64,000 bases of DNA from a virus, in IMG/VR virus record IMGVR_UViG_3300045988_085681, positions 1 to 64,000 of that record; one strand, 5' to 3'. Both the position numbers and the translations under genes were made by a program. Under the pieces are notes generated by a model. That model was not told the DNA's origin and did not search any database. It worked only from the letters and a program-made list of their open reading frames with translations. Each line of letters opens with the position of its first letter. Position 1 is the first letter of the stretch. This document shows, one piece after another, positions 1-9,709 of this stretch.

Positions 1-107
1 AGTTGCCTGATATTGATGCTCTAATAAAAGAAAATACTTCTGATGAGTTCATTGAAAAGAAAATCAACGATATTCTTGGGAATAATACAGAACTTAAAGA
101 AGAATAA
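1..107 (+). CDS. 3' end of an upstream ORF (partial at window edge)
   Basis: Open frame runs from the window start to TAA at 105-107. Confidence 0.3.
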   Translation, partial: LPDIDALIKENTSDEFIEKKINDILGNNTELKEE

Positions 108-407
108 ATGATATTCTATAGATTTGGTGAAATTCCAGAAGATGAATGTTCATCTATATGGAATAATAATGATGAGGTAATAGATAAAGAAAAGGGTGTG
201 TCTGTTTATGAAGCTCATAAAAATATAAATGGAACATACTCCCCTGTTCTTCCATTTCCAACAAATGAGATGGCATTTAATGATTTTATATATAATGTAA
301 AATACTTTACTGGCAATAAATATCTAGTAACCGGTGATTTGTTAGATGAAACTGGTACTGATGGTGAGCCATTAATTAAGAATGTAAAAATATTAAAAAA
401 ATTATAG
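108..407 (+). CDS. hypothetical protein
   Basis: ORF track; tightly packed with neighbours; no recognisable motifs. Confidence 0.45.
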   Translation: MIFYRFGEIPEDECSSIWNNNDEVIDKEKGVSVYEAHKNINGTYSPVLPFPTNEMAFNDFIYNVKYFTGNKYLVTGDLLDETGTDGEPLIKNVKILKKL

Positions 408-409
408 TT

Positions 410-814
410 ATGGAAACAGAAAATATAAATAACTATTCGGAAATGTCTATTGAGGACTTGGAAAAACTCAAAATAAAGTTTCTAAGTCAAAGAGATAATT
501 TAGAGAATATTATAGAAGAAATAATAAATAATATAAGAGCTAGAAAACTGCAAGTTAGTAATCACGCTCTTAGAGAACATCCTTACTATAAAGATAACAC
601 ATCTTATCTAAAAGTAGTTATCAATGATGGTACTGGATATACTGTAACTAAAATCACTCCTGGTGGTAAGTGTATAGGTATATACCAATTTAATGCAGAT
701 AATACTAACTTTTTAAAATATTATAAAATCTGCTCTCAATCTGAATGGGAAAGTGCCATAGATAGACTTAATATATGGTTTAAAGATGCTAGTTTAAAAA
801 TTAAAAAGTTATGA
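410..814 (+). CDS. hypothetical protein
   Basis: ORF track; start sits 3 nt after the previous stop. Confidence 0.5.
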   Translation: METENINNYSEMSIEDLEKLKIKFLSQRDNLENIIEEIINNIRARKLQVSNHALREHPYYKDNTSYLKVVINDGTGYTVTKITPGGKCIGIYQFNADNTNFLKYYKICSQSEWESAIDRLNIWFKDASLKIKKL

Positions 815-1050
815 TTAAAGCAACAGAAGCAAAGACTATATCTAGGTCTGCTGTATTAGACCCGCATATATTAGATCAAATAAACTTTGCTATAATTAAA
901 GAAGCTAGTAAAGGTAATTATGCAGCTTGGATTGGTTCTATACTTCCGACAACTAATGTTGACAAATATTATAATTACCTTAAAGAGTTAGGATTTGAGA
1001 TTAGTCTTCGTTATAAGGGGAACCATGGAGTTTATGTAATTTGGGGTTAA
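811..1050 (+). CDS. hypothetical protein
   Basis: ORF track; 4-nt ATGA overlap with the upstream gene. Confidence 0.45.
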   Translation: MIKATEAKTISRSAVLDPHILDQINFAIIKEASKGNYAAWIGSILPTTNVDKYYNYLKELGFEISLRYKGNHGVYVIWG

Positions 1051-1071
1051 AAATAAAAAAAATAAAAAAAT

Positions 1072-1281
1072 ATGAATAAACTTTGGATATTACCAACAAT
1101 TTGTTTTATAATTGTTTTAGCTTGGTCAGTTCCTAGCTACTATTATCAGAAAGCAAAAATTCTGGAATTGCAAATAATTGTAGATAGACAGTCAAATGCT
1201 ATTCAGCAACTTGAGAAAGAGAAGAATAATACAGAAGTAACTATTCCTCAGTATTTAGATAGCCTGCCTGGAGGTGATTAA
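1072..1281 (+). CDS. small membrane protein with an N-terminal TM helix
   Basis: Hydrophobic N-terminus LWILPTICFIIVLAW. Confidence 0.4.
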   Translation: MNKLWILPTICFIIVLAWSVPSYYYQKAKILELQIIVDRQSNAIQQLEKEKNNTEVTIPQYLDSLPGGD

Positions 1282-1390
1282 GTATTTATAATATGAATGC
1301 AGATATTCAATTTGTAATTCTATTCTTTATTATGATAGGAATATTAATTGTTTCTATGACTTTTTTATTGTATTATATAAGTTAATTGCT

Positions 1391-2113
1391 ATGTATTTAG
1401 AAGGAGATAAATGGAAAAATTGGCACACTAAATGTTCTGATGCTGCCATTAAAGAGAACAAAAGTGAAGAAGATACTAAACTAAGTACTATATCAGTATC
1501 TAAATTACTTGAGTATGTTCACACTGCACTACGTAATTGTGAGATTAATAATTTAGACCCTGATAAAGTTCCAGTATTTCTTACATTAGAGCGTGATAAT
1601 AATTTGTATTCTAATATTGGTTTAGGTATATGTTGTAGTAGTCAGTTAGGTACTTATGTAACTTTAGAGTCTTCAGATTATTATAAAATGTTCTATGTTG
1701 CTCCGGATTCTAAACCTGAAGTTGGTGAATATTGGAGAAGTAGAGGTGTAGGTTATGATTTATCTGGTTTTGTAGTATCTAAACTAGCTGGAGAACGTTT
1801 AACTAGATTAGTTAAATATGTACTTGACACAGATGAACCTCTGTCTCATCTAGATTATAGAGAATTTGAACCTAACTGGATTCAGTTCAAGTTTCAAAAG
1901 GAAGAATTTAATCTGGAATTATTAGATAAACTTGCAATAGCAAATGATAACATAGTTAATGAAGCTATATTAAGACAATGTTTTAAATTTCGAAAAGAAA
2001 AATTTGATTTGGAACTATTAGACAATCTCACTAGAGAAAATGATGGTACAGTTAATGAAAATATATTAAGACAGTATATGATTAATGATTCCGAAAAAGA
2101 GACAGATTTATAA
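1391..2113 (+). CDS. hypothetical protein with an internal tandem repeat of about 27 aa
   Basis: Repeat KEEFNLELLDKLAIANDNIVNEAILRQ / KEKFDLELLDNLTRENDGTVNENILRQ near the C-terminus. Confidence 0.5.
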   Translation: MYLEGDKWKNWHTKCSDAAIKENKSEEDTKLSTISVSKLLEYVHTALRNCEINNLDPDKVPVFLTLERDNNLYSNIGLGICCSSQLGTYVTLESSDYYKMFYVAPDSKPEVGEYWRSRGVGYDLSGFVVSKLAGERLTRLVKYVLDTDEPLSHLDYREFEPNWIQFKFQKEEFNLELLDKLAIANDNIVNEAILRQCFKFRKEKFDLELLDNLTRENDGTVNENILRQYMINDSEKETDL

Positions 2114-2414
2114 TTTCTTTGACGATGGTAAATGTTCGCCAAGTAGATTATATAAAGCTTATGTAAAGAAAGTAATTCCTTTTAATAAGGCTGATATACA
2201 TCTAAAGATACATTTAATAAATAGTGCTCTTAACTGTAGTTGGATATGGAATGGAGATACTGACTATTTTATAGGTTGTTATATTCCTAAGTACGACAAT
2301 CATCTTATTTGGTTTGCAAGAACTAAATATGGTACATGGTTCAGTATGGATATTCAATCTAATTGGCAGGGAGGACTATTAGACGTCAATAGAGATATTC
2401 AATTTAGTTTTTAA
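2085..2414 (+). CDS. hypothetical protein
   Basis: ORF track; 29-nt overlap with the upstream gene, so the start is uncertain. Confidence 0.35.
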   Translation: MIPKKRQIYNFFDDGKCSPSRLYKAYVKKVIPFNKADIHLKIHLINSALNCSWIWNGDTDYFIGCYIPKYDNHLIWFARTKYGTWFSMDIQSNWQGGLLDVNRDIQFSF

Positions 2415-2514
2415 CATTAATTAAGTTTTAAATTATGGGTAATGAAGATAGAATAGATCCAGATGATTGGTATGATATGGGTTTTCCATATAGCCGAAGA
2501 ATCAGAAGATATTA

Positions 2515-2539
2515 AAGAGTTCTAAATTAGAACTCTTTT
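2515..2539 (+). terminator. rho-independent terminator-like hairpin
   Basis: aagagttc-taaatta-gaactctt, an 8-bp stem followed by TTTT. Confidence 0.45.
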
Positions 2540-2542
2540 AAG

Positions 2543-2900
2543 TATGGGGCTAAACTAGTATTTGATTGTCTAGGAGATAAGAAACACAGCAAGACAGTTG
2601 GAGAGACAACAAAACAATAATCGCTAGAGTTATCAATATGACTCCTGTTTCTTACGCTATTGCAGCCTAAGAAACCGAGCAGCACTTGCTTAGGAACAGA
2701 AAGGTGCACTATTTTCCATTTCTTTATTAGTTCTCTGTATACTTTAGGAACAGAGTGGTGGAAGTTGGCAATGTTAATCTTGTCAACCCTAACAGACAAG
2801 GATAGTCTTTAAAACCTATGCTGTAAGAACGTTTTGATGCAAATAGGCAAGACGACGGGGCAGTACCGTCTAGCTCCACTAGTTCATAGAACTGTTTTTA
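2543..2900. ncRNA. candidate structured non-coding RNA (GC-enriched island)
   Basis: About 360 nt of clearly higher GC than its flanks, with many local complementarities (for example gacggggcagtaccgtc). No long ORF on the plus strand; the 90-aa minus-strand ORF is probably an artefact. Sits inside a 660-nt intergenic gap. Confidence 0.25.
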
Positions 2901-3074
2901 TTATTATTTGTTTTTAATCCCTGGGCTATTATTATAGTTCAGGGATTTTTGTTTAATTTTAACTGTTAATTATGGAAGAATATATTAATAACTCTATTAA
3001 AATAATTGATGATATGTTATACAACATAGACATTCTTATAAATTTATTAAAGTAATTATTAAACATTTATCAAA

Positions 3075-4229
3075 ATGGGTAAACAAATTTGGTTGCAAGA
3101 TGGCAACGTTTTTAGTCAGGGTAGTGCGACAACAGTATCTCATCCTGAAGGATTACCGAAAGGTATTTATGAAGTAAAAGTCTCAATGACTGGATTTTAC
3201 TTAAGTAAAATCGCTGAGTCTTTTACGTTTGATTACAAACTGTATGGTCTAAACCAAAAATTTATTGATTATGTCTTAAAGACATATGAGAACACTACAG
3301 GAAATTTAGGTGTTCTGCTAGATGGAATCAAAGGAACTGGTAAGACGGTCGTTGCAAAGGAACTTTGTAATCGTTTACAGCTTCCTGTAGTCTTAGTACA
3401 ATCAATGGGCAGTGATACTAATAGTAAATTAATAAAATATTTATCTACATCCATTGATTTTGACTGTATCTTCTTCTTTGATGAATATGAGAAAGAATTT
3501 AAAAATTCTTCTGATGTTCTTTCTTTCATGGATGGTACTTATAACTCTATTTATCGTAAGGTATTTTTACTTACTACTAATGAGTTAAATGTAGACCCAA
3601 ATCTTCTTGGTAGACCTTCTAGAATAAGATATAAAAAGTCTTTCAGTAATCTTTCCGAGGAAGTTACTAGAGAGATTCTTAATGATATCTTGGAAGATAA
3701 AACTGCTATAGAGAAGGTTATAGAGTTAACTCATTCTATGAATATTATTACTATAGACTTAATTAAAGCTATAGCAACTGAAATTAATATTCATGGAGTG
3801 GAAGCTCTTCCTGATATTAAAGAAACCTTTAATATTGAATTCTCTAGATTTACTTATTTGTATAGAGAAGTACAAATCAGACATTGTGACTTGAAATTTA
3901 CTCCTGAAAATATAAAGAATATATTAAAAGCTTTTTATAAGTTTAAAGAAATTAAAAAGAAAGATTGGGAGAAACATACTAGTGAAGAAAGCAAATTCTA
4001 TGATGAATGGTCTACTAAGTTCAGTGAGGATTATGGTTCCACTACTGAGGATAAAGAGTTAAAATATCTGGAACCTGGAGATTATTTTGAGGATGATCGT
4101 ATATTGATGGTAAGTATTAAAGAAAAATATGTAGTAACTATGACTGATTATGGGAATATTAGAATATATATAATTAATAGTTGCTATTCTACAAGTAAAG
4201 CTACAGGTCTTGTAAATTACGAATTATAA
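3075..4229 (+). CDS. AAA+/P-loop ATPase
   Basis: Walker A LLDGIKGTGKTVVAKEL; hydrophobic strand followed by acidic residues, IFFFDEYE (Walker B-like). Confidence 0.6.
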   Translation: MGKQIWLQDGNVFSQGSATTVSHPEGLPKGIYEVKVSMTGFYLSKIAESFTFDYKLYGLNQKFIDYVLKTYENTTGNLGVLLDGIKGTGKTVVAKELCNRLQLPVVLVQSMGSDTNSKLIKYLSTSIDFDCIFFFDEYEKEFKNSSDVLSFMDGTYNSIYRKVFLLTTNELNVDPNLLGRPSRIRYKKSFSNLSEEVTREILNDILEDKTAIEKVIELTHSMNIITIDLIKAIATEINIHGVEALPDIKETFNIEFSRFTYLYREVQIRHCDLKFTPENIKNILKAFYKFKEIKKKDWEKHTSEESKFYDEWSTKFSEDYGSTTEDKELKYLEPGDYFEDDRILMVSIKEKYVVTMTDYGNIRIYIINSCYSTSKATGLVNYEL

Positions 4230-4306
4230 AAAATAAATGCCCCTTGGAATTAACATCAGTTAGTTCTTAGATATTTAATTTTTATTATTTAAACATTTAC
4301 AAATTT

Positions 4307-5860
4307 ATGGAACATTTAGTTCTTATTGGTGTTATCGCAGTCGTTATTATTGTACTGCTTGTTATTATTGCTACAATGTATGTTAAAGCTCCTCCTTCGA
4401 TGGCGTACATTCTTTCAGGTTTTCGTAAGGAGCCACGAGTACTTATCGGTGGTGGTGGAGTAAAAATTCCTGTACTTGAACGATTGGATAAAGTATATCT
4501 TGGTCAAGTAACAGTTGATGTTAAGACTTCACAACCAGTTCCTACTCATGATTTCTTGGATGTAATGGTAGATGCCGTATGTAAAGTTAGGGTAAAACCT
4601 GATACAGAAGGCACTAGACTTGCAGCTAAGAACTTCTTGAATATGAATTCTGTGCAGATTGCTGCTCAGGTGAAAGATTCTTTGGAGGGTAATATGCGTG
4701 AAGTAGTAGGTTCTCTTGACTTAATTAAGATTAACACTGATAGAGATGCATTCTCTGATGAAATTCAGAAGAAGGCAGCTCCTGATATGGCTAAGTTAGG
4801 TCTTGAGATTTTGTCTTGCAATATTCAGAATATTACTGATGAGAAAGGCTTGATCCGTGATTTGGGAGCTGATAATACAGCAGCTATTCAGAAAAATGCT
4901 AAGATTACTCGTGCTAATGCTGATAGAGACGTAGCTAAGGCTCAAGCTGAGGCTGACAATGAAGCTAATGAAGCACGAGTAAAGGCTGATACCATTATTG
5001 CTGAACGTAATAATGAATTAGCTATTAAGAGAGCTGAACTGAAGAGATTGTCTGATATTAAGAAGGCTGAATCTGATGCCGCATATGAAATTCAGCAGCA
5101 GGAGCAGCAGAAAACTATTAATATCAAGACTGTAGATGCTGATATTGAGAAGACTCGTAAAGAACAGACCTTATCTGAGGAGAAGATTAAGATTAAGCAG
5201 AATGAGTATCTTGCAGATGTAAATGCTAAGGCTGATGCTGACAAGTATCAGACAGAAATTGATGCTCAGGCTGCTTTGGAGAAGCAGAAGCGTGAGGCTG
5301 AGGCTGAAGCTTATAAAGCAGAGCAAACTGCTAAGGCTGTAAAAGCTAAGGCTGAAGCTAATCGTTATTCTCAGGAGCAGGAGGCAGCAGGTATTCGTGC
5401 TAAGGGCGAAGCTGAAGCATATGCTACTCAGCAGACCTTAACTGCGGAAGCTGAAGGTACTAAAGCTAAACTTTTGGCAGAAGCTGAAGGTGTGAAGGCT
5501 AAGGGTCTTGCAGAAGCTGAGGCTATGCAGAAGAAGGCTGAAGCATACAGTAAGTATGGCTCTATTGCTGTAATTGACATGCTTTCTAAACTTAATGAGA
5601 AAGTTCTTCCTGATATGGCTAAGTATATTGCTGAGCCTATGAGTAAGATTGGCAATATGACAGTTTATGGAACTAATGGTTCTGAGGCTTCTGGTATTTC
5701 TGGTAATGTGCCTGCTATTATTAAGCAGACTCGTGACATTGTAAAAGATGCCACAGGTGTAGATATGGCAGACATTATGAAAGCTAACACCATTGATGCT
5801 AAGGTTAACAAGAATGTTAACGTTAATGGCGACGTAGAAAACACCAACGTAAATGTATAA
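4307..5860 (+). CDS. SPFH/band-7 (flotillin/YqiK-like) membrane protein with a long Ala/Glu-rich coiled coil
   Basis: N-terminal TM helix. The SPFH core SGFRKEPRVLIGGGGVKIPVLERL...VTVDVKTSQ resembles flotillin/YqiK. The C-terminal half is AEAEA/KAKAE repeats. Confidence 0.7.
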   Translation: MEHLVLIGVIAVVIIVLLVIIATMYVKAPPSMAYILSGFRKEPRVLIGGGGVKIPVLERLDKVYLGQVTVDVKTSQPVPTHDFLDVMVDAVCKVRVKPDTEGTRLAAKNFLNMNSVQIAAQVKDSLEGNMREVVGSLDLIKINTDRDAFSDEIQKKAAPDMAKLGLEILSCNIQNITDEKGLIRDLGADNTAAIQKNAKITRANADRDVAKAQAEADNEANEARVKADTIIAERNNELAIKRAELKRLSDIKKAESDAAYEIQQQEQQKTINIKTVDADIEKTRKEQTLSEEKIKIKQNEYLADVNAKADADKYQTEIDAQAALEKQKREAEAEAYKAEQTAKAVKAKAEANRYSQEQEAAGIRAKGEAEAYATQQTLTAEAEGTKAKLLAEAEGVKAKGLAEAEAMQKKAEAYSKYGSIAVIDMLSKLNEKVLPDMAKYIAEPMSKIGNMTVYGTNGSEASGISGNVPAIIKQTRDIVKDATGVDMADIMKANTIDAKVNKNVNVNGDVENTNVNV

Positions 5861-5874
5861 ACATTAAGTATCAC

Positions 5875-5904
5875 AGAGGGAGGGAATAATCTCTCCCTCT
5901 TTTT
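5875..5904 (+). terminator. rho-independent terminator
   Basis: agagggag...ctccctct, an 8-bp GC-rich stem followed by TTTTT, directly after the SPFH gene. Confidence 0.55.
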
Positions 5905-5922
5905 CTAACTTTTAAAAATTTT

Positions 5923-7956
5923 ATGGAATACTTAGATTTTAGAAATCTTGTTACAGAAGCATGTAATAAGATGATTAAAGAGAATAAGCATCTCTTTATT
6001 CTTGACACTCAAAAAGAGTTTTTATGGATGGCTTATATGGAATCTTTCCCTGAAGGAGCCGTACGTCAAGAATTTAACTGTGTAAATTGTAAACATTTCA
6101 TTACTCGCTATGGAGCATTAGTCTCTGTAGATGAGAACTATAAAATACATTCTTACTGGGAGGATGTTCACGCTGAAGGAATGTTTGCTAAAGTTATAGA
6201 CAATATGTTACAAGTGCTTAAAAATACTAAAATTAGAAATGCATTTGTTACAGAAGAGACTACAATGGGTTGTAAATGTAATCAGCAGATATTACCTTCT
6301 AAAGAAATAATTACTTGGAATCATTTTTATGCTACTCCTACAAGTAATTTAATTATGGATAAGTCTCAGACTCCAACATTCCGTGCGGGTGCTAAATCTT
6401 CACATGATGTATGGATAATAACTTTATCTAAAATTAACTATAATTCTGTACAAACAGTATTAGACTTAATTGCAGATGATAACCTCTATAGAGGTGACAC
6501 TTATCTACGTCAAGTGAGTGCTTTAAAGACTGCTCTTGATACAATAGAGAATAAGCACTTGGAAGGTTTTGAGTTAGATAATTATGCTTGGATATCTTCT
6601 TGTGTACTTCCTGATGCTGTAACACATATACTTAATAGTGCTATAGGTCAACTTCTTAAAGACATAACTGATACTAACAATGTCGAAAGTTCAGTTAAGA
6701 AATTTGAAGCTATGGTTGCTCCTTATAATTATAAGAGACCTAAGGGTATTATCACTAAAACTCAGGTAGAAAATGCTTATAAAACTGTAGTAGAACTTGG
6801 CTATGAAGATTCTTTAGAGCGTCGTCATGCTAAAGTAGAAGATATATCTATTGAAGATGTTATCTTTGTAAATAGAGAAACTCGTAAGAGAATGTTAGGA
6901 GGATTTGATTCTCTTATGAATGAAACTTCTAATACTAGCAAAACTGCTACAGACTTTGAGAAGACTGCGATTCCAACAACTATGGAAGAGTTCCTTAATA
7001 ATATTGTTCCTAAGGCTAGTAAGCTTGAATTATTCTTTGACAATAAGTTAAATAATAATTTAGTAACTCTTACTGCCCCAGTTAATAAAGAAGCTCCTTC
7101 TATGTTTAAATGGAATAATGGGTTTGCTTGGGCATATAATGGTAATATTTCTGATGCTATTAAACAACGTGTTAAAGAAGTAGGAGGTAAGGTAGATGGC
7201 TATATGAGAATCTCTCTTCATTGGTATAACTACGATGATTTGGATTTACATATGAATAGCCCTTATGGACACATTCATTATAGTAATAAAGCAAACCTTC
7301 TCGATGTAGATATGAATGCCTGTGGAGGTAGTGCTTTTGAAGAACGTAATAATCCTAAGAAATTCTCTCGCAATGCTGTAGAAAATATCATTTTCTCAGG
7401 AATTCCTAAAGCAGGTACTTATAAAGTATTTGTTAACAACTATGCTAAAGTTGAAAATATTGATTTAGGATTTGAAGTAGAAGTAGAACTCAATGGAGTT
7501 GTTCATACTTATGTATATAACAAAGACATTCCTGATAAAAGCGATGTTTCAGTATTAGACTTTACTTCTAATGGACGTGAAGTTATTTTTACTAAAGAAC
7601 ATTTAAGTAGTACTACAGCATCTAAAGAAATTTGGGGAGTAAAGACTCAGAACTTTGTTGAAGTGTCTGCTATATGTTTATCTCCAAATTACTGGGGAAA
7701 TAATAAGGTAGGTGCTAAGCACTATTTCTTTATGCTGAAGGGTTGTAAGAATCCAGATGCTGTTCGTGGATATTTTAATGAATATCTTAAAGACGAACTC
7801 ACTAAAAATCATAAGAGAGTATTTGAAGTATTAGCATCTAAAGCTTTGACTCCTTATGATGATAATCAGATGAGTGGTTTAGGATTTATAGCTACTTCTC
7901 GTAATTCACTTATGGTTAGAGTAGATTCAGGTAAAATTTATAAAGTAAACATTTAA
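5923..7956 (+). CDS. large hypothetical protein (677 aa)
   Basis: Long ORF. Cys pairs near the N-terminus (NCVNCKHF, GCKCN). No family recognised. Confidence 0.55.
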   Translation: MEYLDFRNLVTEACNKMIKENKHLFILDTQKEFLWMAYMESFPEGAVRQEFNCVNCKHFITRYGALVSVDENYKIHSYWEDVHAEGMFAKVIDNMLQVLKNTKIRNAFVTEETTMGCKCNQQILPSKEIITWNHFYATPTSNLIMDKSQTPTFRAGAKSSHDVWIITLSKINYNSVQTVLDLIADDNLYRGDTYLRQVSALKTALDTIENKHLEGFELDNYAWISSCVLPDAVTHILNSAIGQLLKDITDTNNVESSVKKFEAMVAPYNYKRPKGIITKTQVENAYKTVVELGYEDSLERRHAKVEDISIEDVIFVNRETRKRMLGGFDSLMNETSNTSKTATDFEKTAIPTTMEEFLNNIVPKASKLELFFDNKLNNNLVTLTAPVNKEAPSMFKWNNGFAWAYNGNISDAIKQRVKEVGGKVDGYMRISLHWYNYDDLDLHMNSPYGHIHYSNKANLLDVDMNACGGSAFEERNNPKKFSRNAVENIIFSGIPKAGTYKVFVNNYAKVENIDLGFEVEVELNGVVHTYVYNKDIPDKSDVSVLDFTSNGREVIFTKEHLSSTTASKEIWGVKTQNFVEVSAICLSPNYWGNNKVGAKHYFFMLKGCKNPDAVRGYFNEYLKDELTKNHKRVFEVLASKALTPYDDNQMSGLGFIATSRNSLMVRVDSGKIYKVNI

Positions 7957-7968
7957 TAATTAACAACA

Positions 7969-8337
7969 ATGTACAAAGAAGCATTACAAAAGAAATTACG
8001 TTTTAAGACAAACAAGGGTATGATTACTACAGAAGATTTGTTCGACTTATCTCTGCAGAATCTTAACACTTTAGCTATTATGCTGGATAAGAAAATTAGT
8101 GAGGCTCCTAAGAAGTCTTTCATTGAAGAGCTTCCAGCTGAAGAAAATGATGATGAACTTCGTTTCGGCATCGTAAAAGATGTAATTAATATTAAATTAA
8201 AGGCTCGTAAAGACAATATTAATAGAGCACAGATTGATGCTCGTAACAAACGTATTGCTGAGCTTATCGCAAAGAAAGAGGACGAAGCTCTTGAGAATAA
8301 ATCTATTGAAGAGCTTCGTGCTATGATTCAGAATTAA
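7969..8337 (+). CDS. hypothetical protein
   Basis: ORF track; charged and coiled-coil-like. Confidence 0.45.
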   Translation: MYKEALQKKLRFKTNKGMITTEDLFDLSLQNLNTLAIMLDKKISEAPKKSFIEELPAEENDDELRFGIVKDVINIKLKARKDNINRAQIDARNKRIAELIAKKEDEALENKSIEELRAMIQN

Positions 8338-8464
8338 AATTTTTAAGATTTTATTTTTAGAAAAAAAATTCACAACTATAATAACCTCAGTAATAAGGAA
8401 TACTTATTGAACGTTGTGAAACGTGAATTATAGTCGTGATAATTAAAAGGAAACTCAATCTTTT

Positions 8465-8496
8465 GAGGGGACTCTATTTAGAGTTCCCTCTTTTGG
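8465..8496 (+). terminator. rho-independent terminator-like hairpin
   Basis: gaggggactc-tattta-gagttccctc followed by TTTTGG. Confidence 0.45.
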
Positions 8497-8502
8497 TTTA
8501 TT

Positions 8503-8724
8503 ATGACTAGCAAATTTAAATTGTATGAAAGTATTGTCTTAGACAATATTAAATTTACAGTTATTAATATTAGTGTAATTCCACAATGTGCTCAATATAT
8601 AGATAATAAATTTGTCTATTTATTTGATTTTAATTATTCTTTAAGTTATGGGGATTACAAGATAGAACTCACAGAAACAGAAATAAATAATTTAATTAAA
8701 AATAATAAAGTAAACAAAAATTAA
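8503..8724 (+). CDS. hypothetical small protein
   Basis: ORF track. Confidence 0.35.
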   Translation: MTSKFKLYESIVLDNIKFTVINISVIPQCAQYIDNKFVYLFDFNYSLSYGDYKIELTETEINNLIKNNKVNKN

Positions 8725-8895
8725 CTTTTATAATTTTTATAGTTAAATTATATTTATATCACAAACGGGTTAGGACTGTTATAGTTACGAATTTCACGAT
8801 TAACCTGATTCCCAGATGTATATATCTATAAATATACTGACTTTTTTGAAGATTTCAACATGAAATTGGAAGGGTCGTACTTACCTTAGTACACA

Positions 8896-8929
8896 GAACC
8901 GAGAATTGGGAAGTTCTCGGTTCATTTTT
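8896..8929 (+). terminator. rho-independent terminator
   Basis: gaaccgagaa-ttgggaag-ttctcggttc, a 10-bp perfect stem followed by ATTTTT. Confidence 0.55.
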
Positions 8930-9004
8930 AAATTTTATTAAAATTATATTTTGAATAATAAAATTTAGATTTATAATAGTCAATACGATAAAAAAGAATA
9001 AAAA

Positions 9005-9160
9005 ATGAAGAAATTACTTGTATTTAGTGTGTTATTTACACTCTTGAGTTGTTCTACTGGTTCAAATAATTCAGTAAATTCAACTTCAAATGATTCTATT
9101 AATGTTGATACTACAGTAGTTGATACTACTGCTATTGATTCAACTGTATGTCCTGATTAA
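9005..9160 (+). CDS. small putative lipoprotein (51 aa)
   Basis: MKKLLVFSVLFTLLSCSTG: signal peptide plus lipobox LLSC; Ser/Thr/Asn-rich. Below the ORF-track length cutoff. Confidence 0.4.
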   Translation: MKKLLVFSVLFTLLSCSTGSNNSVNSTSNDSINVDTTVVDTTAIDSTVCPD

Positions 9161-9171
9161 TCAGGACTTTC

Positions 9172-9252
9172 GTCTAGATAACCAAGTGGTCAACGGCAGC
9201 AAGCTGTTAACTTGCCCCGAAAGGTTCCTAGGTTCGAATCCTAGTCTAGGCG
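9172..9252 (+). tRNA. tRNA, anticodon GUU (Asn) by manual folding, with an unusually long variable region
   Basis: Acceptor gtctaga/tctaggc; anticodon stem gcaag/cttgc with loop cTGTTaa; T-arm ctagg-ttcgaat-cctag; 12-nt variable region. D-arm is weak. Confidence 0.5.
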
Positions 9253-9323
9253 CAATAATATATGCCTCTTATTTCTAAGGTTAGCTACCTTCTCGAAAAG
9301 AAACGTGTACACAAGAGGCGCCT

Positions 9324-9400
9324 GGAGTATTAAGCCCTGTTGGTAAGGGAACTAGACTGTCACTCTAGTAAAACTAAGGGTTCGAGTCCCTTATATTCCG
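9324..9400 (+). tRNA. tRNA-Asp (anticodon GUC)
   Basis: Acceptor ggagtat/atattcc; anticodon stem ctaga/tctag with loop ctGTCac; T-arm aaggg-ttcgagt-ccctt. Confidence 0.65.
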
Positions 9401-9545
9401 CAAATAATGGAGAGGACCTAGCATTTAACTAGGCGGTTGTTAGAGGTAGCGGTGGCGATCCACGAGTATGCCTGATAGCTCAATGTATTATTAGAATATG
9501 GTCACGATAGTTCGCCCGTCTAATGCCATATTCGCTTTTATTTAA

Positions 9546-9618
9546 GCTTCTATAGCACAATTGATAGTGCAGCACTCTTGTAAAGTGCAGGTTATTGGTT
9601 TGAGTCCAATTAGAAGCT
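9546..9618 (+). tRNA. tRNA-Thr (anticodon UGU)
   Basis: Clean cloverleaf. Acceptor gcttcta/tagaagc; D gcac/gtgc; anticodon stem gcact/agtgc with loop ctTGTaa; T-arm attgg-tttgagt-ccaat. Confidence 0.75.
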
Positions 9619-9630
9619 CTTTATTTATAT

Positions 9631-9703
9631 TTGAGGTGAGTGAAACGGCTTACACGTCTGTCTCATAAGCAGAAAACAGTGGGTTCAACTCCCACACCTC
9701 GAA
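9631..9703 (+). tRNA. tRNA with CAU anticodon (Met, fMet or Ile2)
   Basis: Acceptor ttgaggt/acctcga; anticodon stem tctgt/gcaga with loop ctCATaa; T-arm gtggg-ttcaact-cccac. Confidence 0.65.
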
Positions 9704-9709
9704 CTAAAC

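Noticed and set aside
1894-2142. Minus-strand 82-aa ORF
   Set aside because: Antisense to the repeat-containing gene 1391-2113. It has low-complexity sequence generated by the tandem repeat.
5428-5874. Two minus-strand ORFs (75 and 69 aa)
   Set aside because: Antisense to the Ala/Glu-rich coiled coil of the SPFH gene, where long antisense open frames are expected by chance.
9405-9545. Additional tRNA between tRNA-Asp and tRNA-Thr
   Set aside because: I could not obtain a cloverleaf. There is no T-loop consensus and no complementary acceptor pair at tRNA spacing. Left as an unassigned structured segment.
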